Positions 37,262 through 52,423 are shown, counted from the first letter of the stretch. The stretch: 64,000 nucleotides of DNA from Neoconidiobolus thromboides FSU 785 (GCA_025603075.1 MU626306.1:1-64000); one strand, 5' to 3'. Made by a program: numbers and translations. The notes: generated by a model not told the origin, from the sequence alone.

Positions 37262-38935
37262 TTAAATTAATAAACCAGCTACACATGCTGATACAAAGGT
37301 ACAGATAGTACCTGTCAACATAGCAGAGAAGGCAACATTAGCAAGGTCATGTTTACGTGATGGTGCCATAGCTCCTAAACAACCAACTTGGATACCAATG
37401 GAAGCTAAATTAGCAAAACCACAAAGGGAATAGATAGCAAGTACATTGGCACGTACTGAAAGAACGTTAGCGGCTTCAAGTTTAGTTAATTCAGCAAAGG
37501 CAGCAAATTCATTAACAAACATTTTAATAGCCATAAGTTTACCAACTTCATAACATTCACTTGGTGGTACACCAACAAAGAAAGCAAATGGTACAAAGAC
37601 ATAACCCATAATAAGCTCAAGGGTTAACTTTTCAATGTTAACAAAGGAACCTAACCAAGTAAGTAAAGAATTGACTAAAGCAAGTAAAGAAATAACAGCT
37701 AAAAGAGTACCACCAATAAGTAAAACTAAAGTAACACCTTGAGCAGCACCATTAGCGGCAGCATGTAAAATATTGACTTCTTTTTCTTCAGATTTTGGTA
37801 CAGTTACTGTACCCTTGGTCTTACTTTCTTCAAGTTCTGGATAACGCATTTTAGAAAGAGCAAGTGAACATGGGATGGACATAACACAAGAGGTGATTAA
37901 AGATTGAGGATCAATTTTCATGTTAATGAAAGCAATTAAAACGGAACCTGCAATGGTAGCAAAACCAGATGTCATAACTTGATGAAGTTCAGCAATAGTC
38001 ATTTCAGCTAAGAAAGGTTTGACTAATAAAGCGGATTCACCTTGTCCAACAAACGGAGAAGCAGCAGCTACTACAGATTCAGAGCCAGAAGTATCCATTA
38101 AACTTTTAAAGAACCAAGCAAACTTAACTACAAGCCATTGCATAGCACCAGTGTAGTAAACAATTTGAATAAATGAAGCAAAGAATAATACACCTGGTAA
38201 TACAGTGAATACAAAGATCATTTCATTAGCGAAATCACCAGCTACAAATTTAGCACCTTCTTTGGCGAAACCAAGTAAAGCAGCACATTGAAGAGATAAC
38301 CAATGGAATAAGGAGTAACCAGCATAGGTCTTAATGACAAAGATACCAAGTAAAAATTGTAAAATGATCCCAACAACAACGGTTTGCCAGTTGATATTCT
38401 TTGGACTCCTTGAAGTAGCGAACATAAGGAAAGTAAATACAAATAAACCTAATAAAGATTGACCTCTTTGTAATAAAGTTCCGTTGGCAGTTTCTGGGGT
38501 ACCAAAAGCGACAGCAATAAGTAAAGTAAGAGCGAGAGTAATACCAATTCCATACTTATAAAGTGTCTTTGTACTTCTAAATAAACGACCAATTGGTTTC
38601 CAAGCAATAGAAATAGGACGAGTAACAATAGTAGTTGGTACAAATTCGAAGAAAATTTTAAGAGAAATAAAAGCATAAAGTAAACAACGAACAAGAGGAT
38701 CTTCTGGATGAAGGACTAAAGTGGCAATGAAATAAGCGGTCATTAATACCCAAAATACAGCTAAAATAATTTTGGTAAGATATCTTCTCCAAAATGGTTT
38801 TGGAGTATCACTTGAAGCCTCTTCTGAACCATAAGAATCTAAATGAGGTCTTGGACCCGATTTCTCATTATCGTAATTATCGACCGGAATTTCAACGTTA
38901 TCCGGTCTTGTCTTTTCATCAATTTGAGTGGACAT
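37262..38935 (-). CDS. Concentrative nucleoside transporter (CNT/SLC28 family), 557 aa
   Basis: FVGQGESAL, MTSGFATIAGS, KMFVNEFAAF and LCGFAN motifs; many transmembrane segments. Confidence 0.95.
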   Translation of the reverse strand: MSTQIDEKTRPDNVEIPVDNYDNEKSGPRPHLDSYGSEEASSDTPKPFWRRYLTKIILAVFWVLMTAYFIATLVLHPEDPLVRCLLYAFISLKIFFEFVPTTIVTRPISIAWKPIGRLFRSTKTLYKYGIGITLALTLLIAVAFGTPETANGTLLQRGQSLLGLFVFTFLMFATSRSPKNINWQTVVVGIILQFLLGIFVIKTYAGYSLFHWLSLQCAALLGFAKEGAKFVAGDFANEMIFVFTVLPGVLFFASFIQIVYYTGAMQWLVVKFAWFFKSLMDTSGSESVVAAASPFVGQGESALLVKPFLAEMTIAELHQVMTSGFATIAGSVLIAFINMKIDPQSLITSCVMSIPCSLALSKMRYPELEESKTKGTVTVPKSEEKEVNILHAAANGAAQGVTLVLLIGGTLLAVISLLALVNSLLTWLGSFVNIEKLTLELIMGYVFVPFAFFVGVPPSECYEVGKLMAIKMFVNEFAAFAELTKLEAANVLSVRANVLAIYSLCGFANLASIGIQVGCLGAMAPSRKHDLANVAFSAMLTGTICTFVSACVAGLLI

Positions 38936-39149
38936 GATTTTTTTAAAGTATTAATTATAAAAGTTTTGTTATAAAAAACAAACTTTTAAAAAGTTAAAAG
39001 TATAGAATTAAAATTAAATTATTGTTTAAAAAAATTTTAATTCAACTATTTATACTATTTGTTGATTATCTAGCTCTTAACAAAAAATTTATTAGATGAA
39101 TTAAAACTTATTGATATATGACCTCATGTTACTTAAAGATTACTTAATA

Positions 39150-40100
39150 AAGTGATTTCACTCTTTAAAATTGCTAAGATCGTATTTATTTAGATAAGTT
39201 TCGAAATTTATTAAATATCTTCTTAAGTATATTTCAACCAATCAACTTTCATTTGAAAGCTTTAAATACTACTTTTAGAAACTGTAAATCGAAATAGTCA
39301 TTGAATATTTATTCAAGTAATGGGAACTACCATCACAAGATAGTCGACTTTAAATTGTGGGGTAAAATGGTTACTAGTTGATGTGTATTTTTGTATAATT
39401 TGAGTTCATTTTTTATAGCATTTTCAATAATTAGATTTACCATGCTATTTAAAGTAAGACACTTGCTCCATCCAAAGTCAAGCTTTGTATTGCTGTTACT
39501 ATTCAACTATTCGAACCTTTTATTTTTATTTTTATTTATTTTTATTTATTTCATCGGTTCATTTATTTAGTATTGTTCTTTAGTTGACACTTGGAATGAA
39601 ATTTAACCAATTATTATGTTTCAACTATTATTCCTTTAATAACTCTCTCCTTGTTGAAGATTAGTATTAGAAATTTGAACGTAATTAATTACCTTCTATT
39701 TTTAATAGTGTTTTTATGGTTTTATAATTCAAGATTGAATATAAGGTACTAAAGACAGAGCTCTTATTCTTATTCATTTATTTTTCACGTTATTTTGAAC
39801 TTTTTAATTGCTTTAGTAATTTTAAATGTTACATCGACAATCAAATACTTCACCTTATTTATAATAATAAGTTGTTAACTTACCATTTTATTTTAAATAT
39901 TTAAATTTATTTAGACTTATTCGAATATAATAATATTTAAAAGAAAGAATAAACTTAGAATTAGCTATAAATATCTTACCAATCGCTTAATAAATTTAAA
40001 TTTTTTTAAGGATTTTATTTGATTATCTTTAGAATCTAAGAATTAATAATTTGAAAAATCTATATTGAAAATTATTTCAATACCCTTAATACCAGAATAG
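39150..40100 (-). pseudogene. Possible heavily decayed intron-containing gene
   Basis: Several minus-strand GTAAGA/GTAAGT/GTAATT...AG intron-like units separate stop-riddled frames. No family recognised. Confidence 0.25.
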
Positions 40101-40102
40101 GG

Positions 40103-40220
40103 TATTGTATTATATTATCTTATATTATATTATATTATATTATATTAAATTATATTATATTATATTACATTATATTATATTATATTATATTATATTATAT
40201 TATATTATATTATATTATAT
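40103..40220. repeat. (TATAT)n / (ATATT)n pentanucleotide microsatellite, ~23 units
   Basis: Directly visible, with few interruptions. Confidence 0.95.
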
Positions 40221-41609
40221 TATATTATATTATATTATATCACTGTTTTATTTTATTTTATTTTTATTTTAAATATGATTTTTTTTATTTTAGTCCTATT
40301 AAGTAATAATATAATATAGTCATCTAATTTAATTTTTATTAAGTTTATTCCATGTTAAATTGAATTTCAGAATTAAGTTTCTAGATTATTAAATTTGAAA
40401 TACAAAATCTTTAATAAAATGATTAATGAATTAAAAGAATTTAAACTATATTTATTATATTTTTTTAATATCGCTAATAATACAAGTGTAAATAATACAA
40501 ATATGTATTTCCCGATACGGGGAAGTATTAATTACAATTGCTGTGATTTCAATATAAAATTCAATCTAGATTTTGTACACTTATTAGCATGCCATTAATT
40601 TATTTTTGTAACCTTGTTTTTATTATTATTTCCATAAATCCGCTAGCTTAGGTAATAACTCATTTGGAGATAAATAGTTTCTAAATATTATTACACAATA
40701 CAATTAAGTACAAAAGTAGATGAAGAGTTTTTTGTACATAATAAATAAATAAATAATTTTATTTAATTGTTTTTAACATAAAATTCAAAAAATTTATTAC
40801 ATGATGGAACGAATTTTTATCTCCCTTTTTTATTAATTCAACTTTTTTTATCCTTTTATTAAAGATAAGGGATAATTTTATAAGTATTAGAGTCAATGTG
40901 CTTAAAATAAAAGCTTATAAAATAAAAACTTATAATATATATATAAATAGATTCTACTTTTATATATTTATAATAATATCTCTTTATAATTTATAATAAC
41001 CTGCTATAATACACAATTAATTAAATATTATTATTAATAAAAATAAAACCACCATCAATTCCTTTATTAGATCATCAATAAATAATAAAACCCTTAATTA
41101 AAGTATATTTGTTTTTTTATTAAAAAGATCAGATTTATCATTTTATGCACTTTAATTAAAAGAATCCTTTAGGAATATTAAAATAGTTGAAATGAACTTA
41201 GTTGATTTGTTTAAATTATTGTTTGAAATAAGATTATTATTGTTACTTTGTTGTTATTGTTTTTTATAATAATATAATATTAATAGATTCTAACTTTTAT
41301 TTGTTTATTGTTTATCAAAATTTAAGTGTAAATATTTTATTTTTATCTATTTGTAAACTATAATAAACTTTGACAAAAAAATTGTAAGTGATTAAATCAT
41401 TTGATTTATTGTATAAATGATACATAGTAAATAATAAAAATAATAAAAATAAAAATAAAAATAAAAATAAAACTTTTACAAAAATAAAAATAAAACTCTT
41501 ATAAAAATATAAACTTCATTTAAAACATTTATATTGTCAAACAAATTGAAAGTATCGTTTATTTACTATAATCATTATCTTTTTCAAAGCCTTAAAATAA
41601 CTGTAGCTT

Positions 41610-41644
41610 GGAGGTGTTTTTTTTAAACACAAAAATACATCCCT
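41610..41644 (-). mobile_element. MITE copy 18 (35-bp ends-only deletion derivative)
   Basis: GGAGGTGTTTTTTTT joined directly to AAACACAAAAATACATCCCT. Confidence 0.6.
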
Positions 41645-41825
41645 ACCCTCATTTCTTATTTCAGATAACAAAATAGAAAGTTTAAATAGAAGTAGAAAAT
41701 AAAGTTAAGTATTAGTAGATAAGATGTAAACAAGATGAATAAAATTCTTAATAGTAATTATAAAGTTAGAAATGTTATGAAATTTATTAGCTTCTATTTG
41801 ATATCCAAATTAACATATAACATAT

Positions 41826-41924
41826 GGGGATGTATTTTTTGGTTTCATAACTTTTTCCATTTTTTAAACGCTATTTGAGCAGAGAGATTGTTAGTAAAAT
41901 TATTAAGCAAAAAAATACATCCCT
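41826..41924 (-). mobile_element. MITE copy 19
   Basis: ATAT/ATAT TSD. Confidence 0.9.
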
Positions 41925-42242
41925 ATATAAAATACTCTTTAAGATCCTTAAAATTTTAACTTTTTACAACTTTCAAATCTGGTAAGGTTCTTCTTTGAGC
42001 ATACATTTTGGTTTACGCAGTCTTTTACTTAATAGCAAGTGAGGGGTATCTTTCAACAAGGGTAAAATTCATTTTTGGTTATTTTACCCATGTTAAAAAT
42101 TAATCTTAGTAATTTCCATCAATAAAACTTTACTGCGTAAATTGGGTTGAATTTTCAATAAGAAATTTAAATTCAAAAAATATTTTTTAAAAAAGTACCT
42201 AATTTTTCAAGCTTATTGTACTTTTAAAAGAAAAACTAGTAA

Positions 42243-44685
<2,443 letters not shown>

Positions 44686-44849
44686 AGTATAGATAAAGAA
44701 TAATAAATAGAAGTTTCTATAAAGAATATTCGATATTAAATAAATATATAAATATAGTTATAAGTCTATACTTAATTTTATTATTATTTATTTTATTATA
44801 TAAGTGTTAAATAAATAAAATATTGAATTTAATTTTAACTCCTTTTACT

Positions 44850-47062
44850 TTATTGTTTTGCTAAAAACCCAGCTAAATCTTCAATTGCCTTTTGAATATT
44901 TTTACGAAAACCAAGATGATCTGTAGAATTTGATTGATTCCATTTTGAGATAGATAATTTAATATCTTGTTTATCGATTGCATAATTAACACCATAACCA
45001 TCTTTAACTACAGGTGCAAAACCACCATAAAAATATTTACCTGGTGACATATTGGAAGTAGATAATTTGAAACTCATAGATTCAATATAAGATGGATGTT
45101 GAAATAATTGAGGTGTTTTTTCTTCTTCTTGAATCATACATCTAAGTCCCAAAAGATGACGATCAATACCTTGTCCACGGGATGCTTTTTTCATATATGA
45201 TAAATGAGCAGTAAATGCATTTTTAATAGCTTCTAACTTTTTGTTATGAGAGATATCTTTATCATCAAACAATTGAACAAATTGTTTACTTTCAATCGAA
45301 CAACTCCTAACTGTTTCTGTTCTACCATGTAAAAAAGCTCTAGTAGAGGCTGTTTCATAAGTAGGTCCAACTTCTCCTTGTTGTCGATAATAAGCTAACT
45401 GTAAGGCCATTTGTAAAAAGGTATCAGGACTGACTTTAAGACTCTTGAGTAAGGCGGAACCAATACCTGAATGATGTAATAGTACACTTTCAATGTTAGA
45501 GATGAATTTTGGTACTCGTTCATGGGCTTCATTAATTAAAGTATTGACTTCATTATTTACTTCCCATCGTAATAATTTAGGTTCTTCTAAAGTTATATCA
45601 TTAGCTACATTAATAGGGTCACTATGAGGTTCACTATATTTATTATAATTATAATTATAACTATTTAGTATTTATTATTAATACATAATATATATTTACT
45701 TTGCTAAAATTTCGTTAATAATTCTGCCAGGTATAACAGCATCAGCAGGGGTATGCTATTTAGTAAATCGATGTTAATATTTGTTATCATGTTGATATCT
45801 ATTATCATATTATTAATATTCTTTACCTCTCCATTAATACCAGCTCTACCATTATTAGTTAAAATTAATTGAATAGCTTTATCAAACCAACGATTTTGGC
45901 CTGTATGACCATGAAATATAACTTGATGAGATTCATCAATATTAGTTGAAGGAGAATAATCTTCTAAACATAAAACAAATAAACTTGTATCAATGTAATT
46001 TAAAGTTTGTTGATTTAATTGATTAGTTTCTAATAATTCTCTTGCTTTTGCCCAAATATCTCGATGTTCACCAGTTAATATACCTACATTTGGTTGATAT
46101 TGAGATTGATCTAAATTATCAATTGAATTAATAGCTAATCTCAATTGATTTATTATTGTTTTTATAGATACTCTTTCACTATTTTTTCCGTATACAGGTA
46201 CTTCAACTAATTGATTTTTGTAACTTAATATTATATGATGAGCTAAACATGGATAAGAAGATTCAATTTTATCTCTTTTCATTTTTGGTATTCTAGTTGT
46301 TCCTAGTTGTTGATGATATTGATTCATACATAATGGGGTTTCTTTTATATACTCTGGTTCGATTTCTTCTCTGTTTTAAATATATGAATATATAAGTACT
46401 ATGCACTATGTAATTACTATATAATTATTACCTATTTAAAGCATCATTAAAATTTAATATACCCGTAATTAAACCAGCAGCTCTTTCAATTTGTAAATCT
46501 GTAGTTTTGCCTTTAATTGGATTATTTACTAAACCATTTGGATGATCTTTAAATTCACACCACCAATTTACATTTAATAATGTGGGTTCACGATATTCTA
46601 AATATCCTTTATTTAACCAAATATCTTCAAGCCAAGAATTCTATTTATTAAATAAACATAAATATATAAAATAATAATGCTAAATCAATATTTCTTTACC
46701 TTTTGTTTTAAATCATACTCAATTAATCTTTGTTGTAACTTATTACCTTCTTCACCATAAAATGGAGCAATTGCCTTTAAAGCATCTTTATATTGAATTT
46801 CATCATACAGTGGTAATAAAGATTTTTCATACATTTTCAAAGTATGTTCAAGTGGTGGAATAGGTAATCTTGGTAAGCTAGTTTGGTTATCAAAGGTTTT
46901 TAATTTACTCTTTTCAATTCCAGAGTCTGTTTTAACAGAGTACTGCTGTAAACTTAAGAGCTGACGAAACTGAAGAGGTTTACTTCTAGTATGTTTATTA
47001 ATTACCTTTATTATTAGTGTTGTTTTAAAAGATACTTACTTTAAACGTCGAATTAACTGCAT
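44850..47062 (-). CDS. Carnitine O-acetyltransferase (choline/carnitine acyltransferase family), multi-exon, with a mitochondrial presequence-like N-terminus
   Basis: TFDNQTSLPRLPIPPLE, NRWFDK, EH...D, TYETASTR.F.HGRTET and G.GIDRHL motifs. Confidence 0.9.
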
Positions 47063-47353
47063 AACTATATAAAAATAAGATAAAGAAAAGTGATAATAAA
47101 AGATTTTGTATTGTGACGTTTATTTGGGATGGATTCAACAATCACATGTTGTTATCAATGGATAAGTAAAATACGAATTCAAATAATAGAATCCACCAAT
47201 TAAAAGTCAAATTCAATTCACCCTAACACATCATCTTATCATTGAAAAAGTATACAACGTAAATGCTTAAAGAATCATTTTTATTTTATTTTATCTTATT
47301 TTATTTTATCTTATTTTATTATTAATTTATCAATTTACTGCTCACTAAGAACA

Positions 47354-48010
47354 ATGTCCCTATCCAGCAAGCTTCATGTTTATTATTGTTTTGAAACTTT
47401 ATCAAATTATTTAAATCATTACGGTAATAAATCTTATTACAGTGACTCAGATTTAATCAAAAATTTACCTCTTGATTACAGTATTAAATCCGAATTCCCA
47501 AATGACAGTTACCCGTTGTTTGTAACTTGGAATCTCATCGATCCCCACTCCTCAGAAGAAGAAGAACTCCGTGGCTGTATAGGTAATTTCTCACCCTTAT
47601 CCTTACATGATGGCTTAAAGGAATATGCTTTAATTTCTGCCTTACAAGATACTCGATTTGATCCTATAGATACAGAAGAATTGGACCAGCTCTCATGTTG
47701 TGTTTCTTTATTAGTGAAATTTGAATTAGCAGAACATTATTTAGATTGGGAAATTGGCGTTCATGGGATTCGATTAAAATTAAATATTAATGATCGAATT
47801 TATGGAGCTACTTATTTACCAGAAGTGGCTGCTGAACAAGGGTGGACCAAAGAAGAGACAATTAAAAGTTTATTAAGAAAAGGAGGGTATAAAGGGAAAA
47901 CAGATAAGGAAGTGTTGGATAAAATTAAGATAACTAGATATCAATCACATAAAAGTAAAGCTAGCTTTAAAGAGTATTTGGATTATGTTAATAAGTTAAC
48001 TAAGAATTAG
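47354..48010 (+). CDS. AMMECR1: AMMECR1-domain protein, 218 aa
   Basis: LRGCIGNF, ISALQDTRF.PI, WEIGVHGI and ATYLPEVA.EQGW motifs. Confidence 0.93.
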   Translation: MSLSSKLHVYYCFETLSNYLNHYGNKSYYSDSDLIKNLPLDYSIKSEFPNDSYPLFVTWNLIDPHSSEEEELRGCIGNFSPLSLHDGLKEYALISALQDTRFDPIDTEELDQLSCCVSLLVKFELAEHYLDWEIGVHGIRLKLNINDRIYGATYLPEVAAEQGWTKEETIKSLLRKGGYKGKTDKEVLDKIKITRYQSHKSKASFKEYLDYVNKLTKN

Positions 48011-48174
48011 ATAGAAGCTTTAATTAAGTTAGTTATTAAGTGATTTATAAGTAGTTGTAGTTTTTTCATGAGAAGTAAATATAGTATAGTATTAATAATT
48101 TTATTGTTAGTCATTAATTTAAAGTTCCTAATTTATTTTAATTTTTTGTTGATTAATGTCACTATTTACTATTT

Positions 48175-48271
48175 GTGGATGTTTTTTGGCTTCATCACTT
48201 TTTCCATCTTTTAAGCGCTATTTGAACGGAAAATTTATTAGTAAAACCCTTAAACACAAAAATACATCCCC
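48175..48271 (-). mobile_element. MITE copy 20
   Basis: ATTT/ATTT TSD. Confidence 0.9.
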
Positions 48272-48643
48272 ATTTGTTAAAATAACAATCAGTTAATGAT
48301 ACTTAAAAAATAATGTTTTTTTACTATAATCTTGGCTTACAAAACAATACAGGCACCATAGTATACATTTATTTTTATTTGGATAGTTTATTATAAACTT
48401 ATTTTTAAATATTGATTCAACTCTATGTTTAAATATAACATTAATGATTTAACAAATGATTATATATTTTTTAAATAATATATAATCTTAATAGAAATCC
48501 CAGCTTGGATTTTATATTACTTTGATTGCAACTGGGTGGTCGATTTTATTGTCCAAGAAATTTGTTTGATTGTGTAATCAAATATAAAAAGCAAGACATT
48601 TTAATAAAAAAGGATTTCTATCATATTCAGGATTACAAATTCT

Positions 48644-48802
48644 GTATAAGGTAGGGATGCTTGGGTGATTAGGCTTTAATTTAGCATTTATATGGGTCAA
48701 GGTGCACCTCAGCAGAATTGATTAGGCATCCGCTTATACAATGCGTTTCTGAAGCGGATAGTCTCATGTTTGTTATATTTGTTAACTTATAGAAATACAA
48801 GA
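48644..48802 (+). ncRNA. Candidate H/ACA box snoRNA (hairpin-ANANNA-hairpin-ACA)
   Basis: GC-richer island. GGATGC/GCATCC stem, H-box-like ATACAA (48736-48741), second hairpin TTTCTG/TAGAAA, ACA at 48797-48799, TATAAAAAG at 48583. The pocket TGGGTG is complementary to LSU rRNA CACCCA. Confidence 0.35.
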
Positions 48803-48827
48803 TGATGTTTTTTTGTCTTCATTACTT

Positions 48828-48922
48828 AGGAGTGTTTTTTTACTTTATTTTTTCCATTTTTTAACTACTATTTAAAGCGGAAAATTTGTTAATAAAATTC
48901 TTAAACACAAAAATACATCCCC
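48828..48922 (-). mobile_element. MITE copy 21 (preceded by an extra end fragment at 48801-48827)
   Basis: Consensus match ending ACATCCCC-ATAT. Confidence 0.88.
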
Positions 48923-49185
48923 ATATTGTAATCCATTTTAAGCGTTATTTTTTAGTTGCATTAATGTGTTAACTATTAAATCGATATTGATAAAGAAAGT
49001 ACCCACAGCTATACTAGACCTTATAAATAAGTGTAGATGCAGTGATAAGCCTTTTATATTACAAACATGTTATTAAAATGTACTCATTTTAATGTATAAT
49101 CTTTTTATAGTTTGAATAATACTCACAATATAATGTGATATCAAATTAATTTAATGATTAATTACATTCATTTAAAGACTTTTAA

Positions 49186-49280
49186 CGAGCATCTTTTTTA
49201 TTTTCATTTTTTTTCCCTTTTTTAAATGATATTCTATTGTGTGGAAAAAATGTTAGTAAATTCCAAAAAAATACATCCCC
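49186..49280 (-). mobile_element. MITE copy 22 (degenerate)
   Basis: Right terminus ATACATCCCC-ATAT is intact; the interior is eroded. Confidence 0.7.
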
Positions 49281-49627
49281 ATATAGATAAGTATTTAAAA
49301 AAATATCTAATAAGCATTATTTCATTGTAATAATGTTTTTAAAAATTAATAAGAATCCTACTTTATACTATTTCTCTAACATATCTGTACTATAATATAT
49401 TTATGTTTTTTTACAAACAAAGTGCAATTTGTACTATTTTAATAAACTTTGATTTTACTCATTTACATAATGAAATTAGATTACTTTATTATAATTTTAG
49501 CTTTTAAAATGCCTTACATTTAATTCTATAACATAAGTGAAATCCCAATGCTTTAACTTTTAATTGTTTACGCTATATATTAATTAATATACATAATATT
49601 TTTTAGTTGTCAGTGTAGATAATAAAT

Positions 49628-49729
49628 GGGGGGATGTATTTTTGTGTTTAAGAATTTTATTAACAAATTTTCCGCTTTAAATAGTAGTTAAAAAATGGAA
49701 AAAATAATGAAGTAAAAAAAAACACTTAC
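49628..49729 (+). mobile_element. MITE copy 23
   Basis: AAAT/AAAT flanks; shares private variants with copy 21. Confidence 0.88.
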
Positions 49730-50151
49730 AAATGTTGATTAAAGTTGTAATAAGTCAATAAATAAAACTTACATAACTATTTATCTTTTTATGAAGTATT
49801 TTTACCAAGTTTAAAAGGGTAAAGATTTAAAATGATAAGTGGACTGAAATGAAAGTTAAGCTTTGAATTACCATATATTAAAATAATGTTTTAAGTACAA
49901 AAATTAAGTCATTATTATAATTGTAATTATATCTCTACATCATATCTATCATACCACCAAACTATTAAAAAACCCCTTTTCATTTACACAGCAAAATCAA
50001 TTTCGTTCTCTAGCCAATAACAAACGTTTAAAATTCCACTCTCAGCTTTCTTCAATATTATTAATCGCAGCAAAAACCTCCACATTATAGCTTTAAATTT
50101 TAATAAATTTAACTAAACAATTTCATTTATTTTATTTAATCCTTCTAAAAA

Positions 50152-50661
50152 ATGCCGCAATCCCCCGAAACTCATGTTCAAACTTCAGAGCCAAAAAATC
50201 AAGGCTCTAATACAATAACTATAACTGAAAGTGCAACTCCTGTGGACTCAGCTCAAGATATTGTACGTTTGACAGTGGAAGGAGAAGCTAGAGAAAGTAG
50301 AGGTCCAAGAGTAAGATGGGATAGCGAAGTAATTGATAATGAAGGGATGAATAAAAAGAAGTCAAAGGGTAAGTTTTGTGTTTCATTTATTCATTCTATC
50401 AGAATATAAGTTTTATGCAACAATTTCTAACATTCTATTTTTATAGTATGTTGTATCTTTAAAAAAGAACGGGCAGTAGGAGAAAGTTCCTCAGAAGATG
50501 AGAGTTCCTCAGGAGAGGAATATGAGTATCAGGGGAATAGAATAGGCTCGCCAAATAATTATGAAAGGGTTGGGAAAAGAAAAGGTAAGGCTGTTTAGCT
50601 AGATTCAATTTATAGCCCTAATGTTTACTTAGGACACTCGCATAATTGTAAAAAGAGATAA
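50152..50661 (+). CDS. YPI1: Protein phosphatase 1 inhibitor-3 (Ypi1/PPP1R11), 3 exons
   Basis: RVRW (RVxW) then VIDNEGMNKKKSK|VCCIF across intron 50369-50446; second intron 50585-50632. Confidence 0.9.
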
Positions 50662-50934
50662 AGAAAAGATTGGATTTTAAAACATATCTCAAAGTTTATC
50701 TGTGGCTTATAATTGAACACCCCAAAAAAGCATCAAAGTTTGATCAAGAGGCAGCCATGATTATTAAATAGAAATGTATCACCAACTTAAATCTACTTTG
50801 TTTTTAATAAAATAGCTCGCATTGAATTTTATACTATTAAATTTGTAAAAACGTATTAACTTTGACATGAATCTTAAAGAAATGTAAAATTTTATTTCAA
50901 TAAATTTATAGATTAAGTTAAAAAGCAATTTAAA

Positions 50935-52423
50935 TTAAGCAAATGTAAACTCTTCAAAAAGATGACCGCTCTTTTTTGATACGGGTAAAAGTTCCAACCT
51001 TTGAAAAGGTTTTGACGTAGGATCATGATAGTAGCCTAGAATGTGTTTAATATGATTATCAATATATAAATTATTAGAACCTACCTTCAATAAACCCATC
51101 TGATCTACGTATACATATATAATAAAATCCAGCAATAGTTAGTCCAGATTCTTGAGCAAGTATATTTACAAAGCATTTTTCTATTCTATCATTAATATTG
51201 TTAAACGATAAACAACTTAAAGCCTTACCTTTCCATCTCATAAATATATATTTATCCAATATTTTAGAACATGTTTCTTTATCCTTACTAAATAAAAAAA
51301 ATTAAATTATAAACAATAAAAATAGTTTATAGTAACTTACAAAGCTTGTCTTAACTCTTTAAATGCATATAACTTCTTCCAATGCTTAATATCTGTTTCT
51401 TTATCTGCTCCCCATTTACGTGTCCAAAAATCATAATTTACAAAGTCAATCACCTAAGAATTATTACTATTCAAAGCTAAAAAAATGTGTATTTTATTTT
51501 ACCTCTCCTTCCCAATAAGTGACTACTGTTGATGACGTAACTGGTGTATTTAATGCTTCCATTAGTCCAACCACGGCTCCTGTATTATGATCTACTGAAT
51601 TTATAGCCTTATCAATAAAAATATTAATAATTTTATACTTATTAAACTTATTTATTACCACTTTGACTTCCCAATGTTCCTTATCACCAAAATCCCTTCG
51701 ATTTGAATAATGATTCTGGGTACCTTCAAAGCACTGTCCAGCACTTAAAAAAGATAATGGGTCACACTTCCAGTTATTCAGACTTAATGGTATACTATTT
51801 AATATCATCTCTGTTGTACTCTCCCTTAACTTAGAGCTGATTGATTTTTCATATGTCCTACTTGGATTAGATTGAACTGGATCTTCACGACTATTTCGAA
51901 AAAATGAGGTTAAAGTTTCTCTTAATATCTCTTGTTCATGGCCATTAAGCTGTCCAAGCTCCCAACTTTGGTTTGATAAATCTTCAGATAAATCATCTTC
52001 TTCACTGTTATCTGTTGATTCTTCCTCCCCTTCTTCCTCTTCTTCTTCACTGCAAGTTTCTTCTTCTTCTTCAACTCTTATAGCGTCCTCATCGCTGGTT
52101 ACTATATCCCCTATCTCTTCGTCTTCTTCTTCATTGTCCATCTCATCCTCTTGTGCTAAATTGGATCTTGGTACATATCGTACCGAATCTCCTAAACCTT
52201 GACCCAAACTTTGAAACACTACTCGGTCGCCTATTCTTATCCCAGCAACATCTCGGTTCTCAAATCTAAATACAATTGCATTGGAACGTTGTAAATTATT
52301 ATTTAGAATTTCGGGTTGTGAAGATCTATCAACCGAGGATTCCCTTCTTCTAGAACTTGTTCTTGAGGTTGTTATTTGAGTCAGATGATCGGACGCAGAT
52401 GTTGGATAGTCTTGGGGACGCAT
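50935..52423 (-). CDS. GID4: GID4/Vid24-family substrate receptor of the GID/CTLH E3 ligase with an acidic N-terminal extension, multi-exon
   Basis: FL..GQ.FEGTQ, W.VKV, V.TYWEGE|.IDF, D..HWKKL, .MRWKE-like, TIAGFYYIC..RSDG.IEG and YYHDP...PFQRLEL motifs. Confidence 0.88.

Noticed and set aside
14461-40100. RIP-like hypermutation inferred from many TAA/TAG stops in decayed frames
   Set aside because: Stops arising from CAA/CAG are CpA changes by definition, so this is ascertainment bias. The MITE alignments point to CpG rather than CpA.
42013-42141. 10-bp inverted repeat TTTACGCAGT/ACTGCGTAAA with an internal 9-bp hairpin upstream of PRP43
   Set aside because: Single occurrence and no TSD; more likely promoter motifs or chance.
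48694-48716. GGGTCAAGGTGCACCTCAGCAG as SRP RNA helix 8
   Set aside because: Spacing between the AGG/AAG and AGCA motifs is short of the canonical 10 nt, there is no GNRA loop, and no Alu domain is visible.
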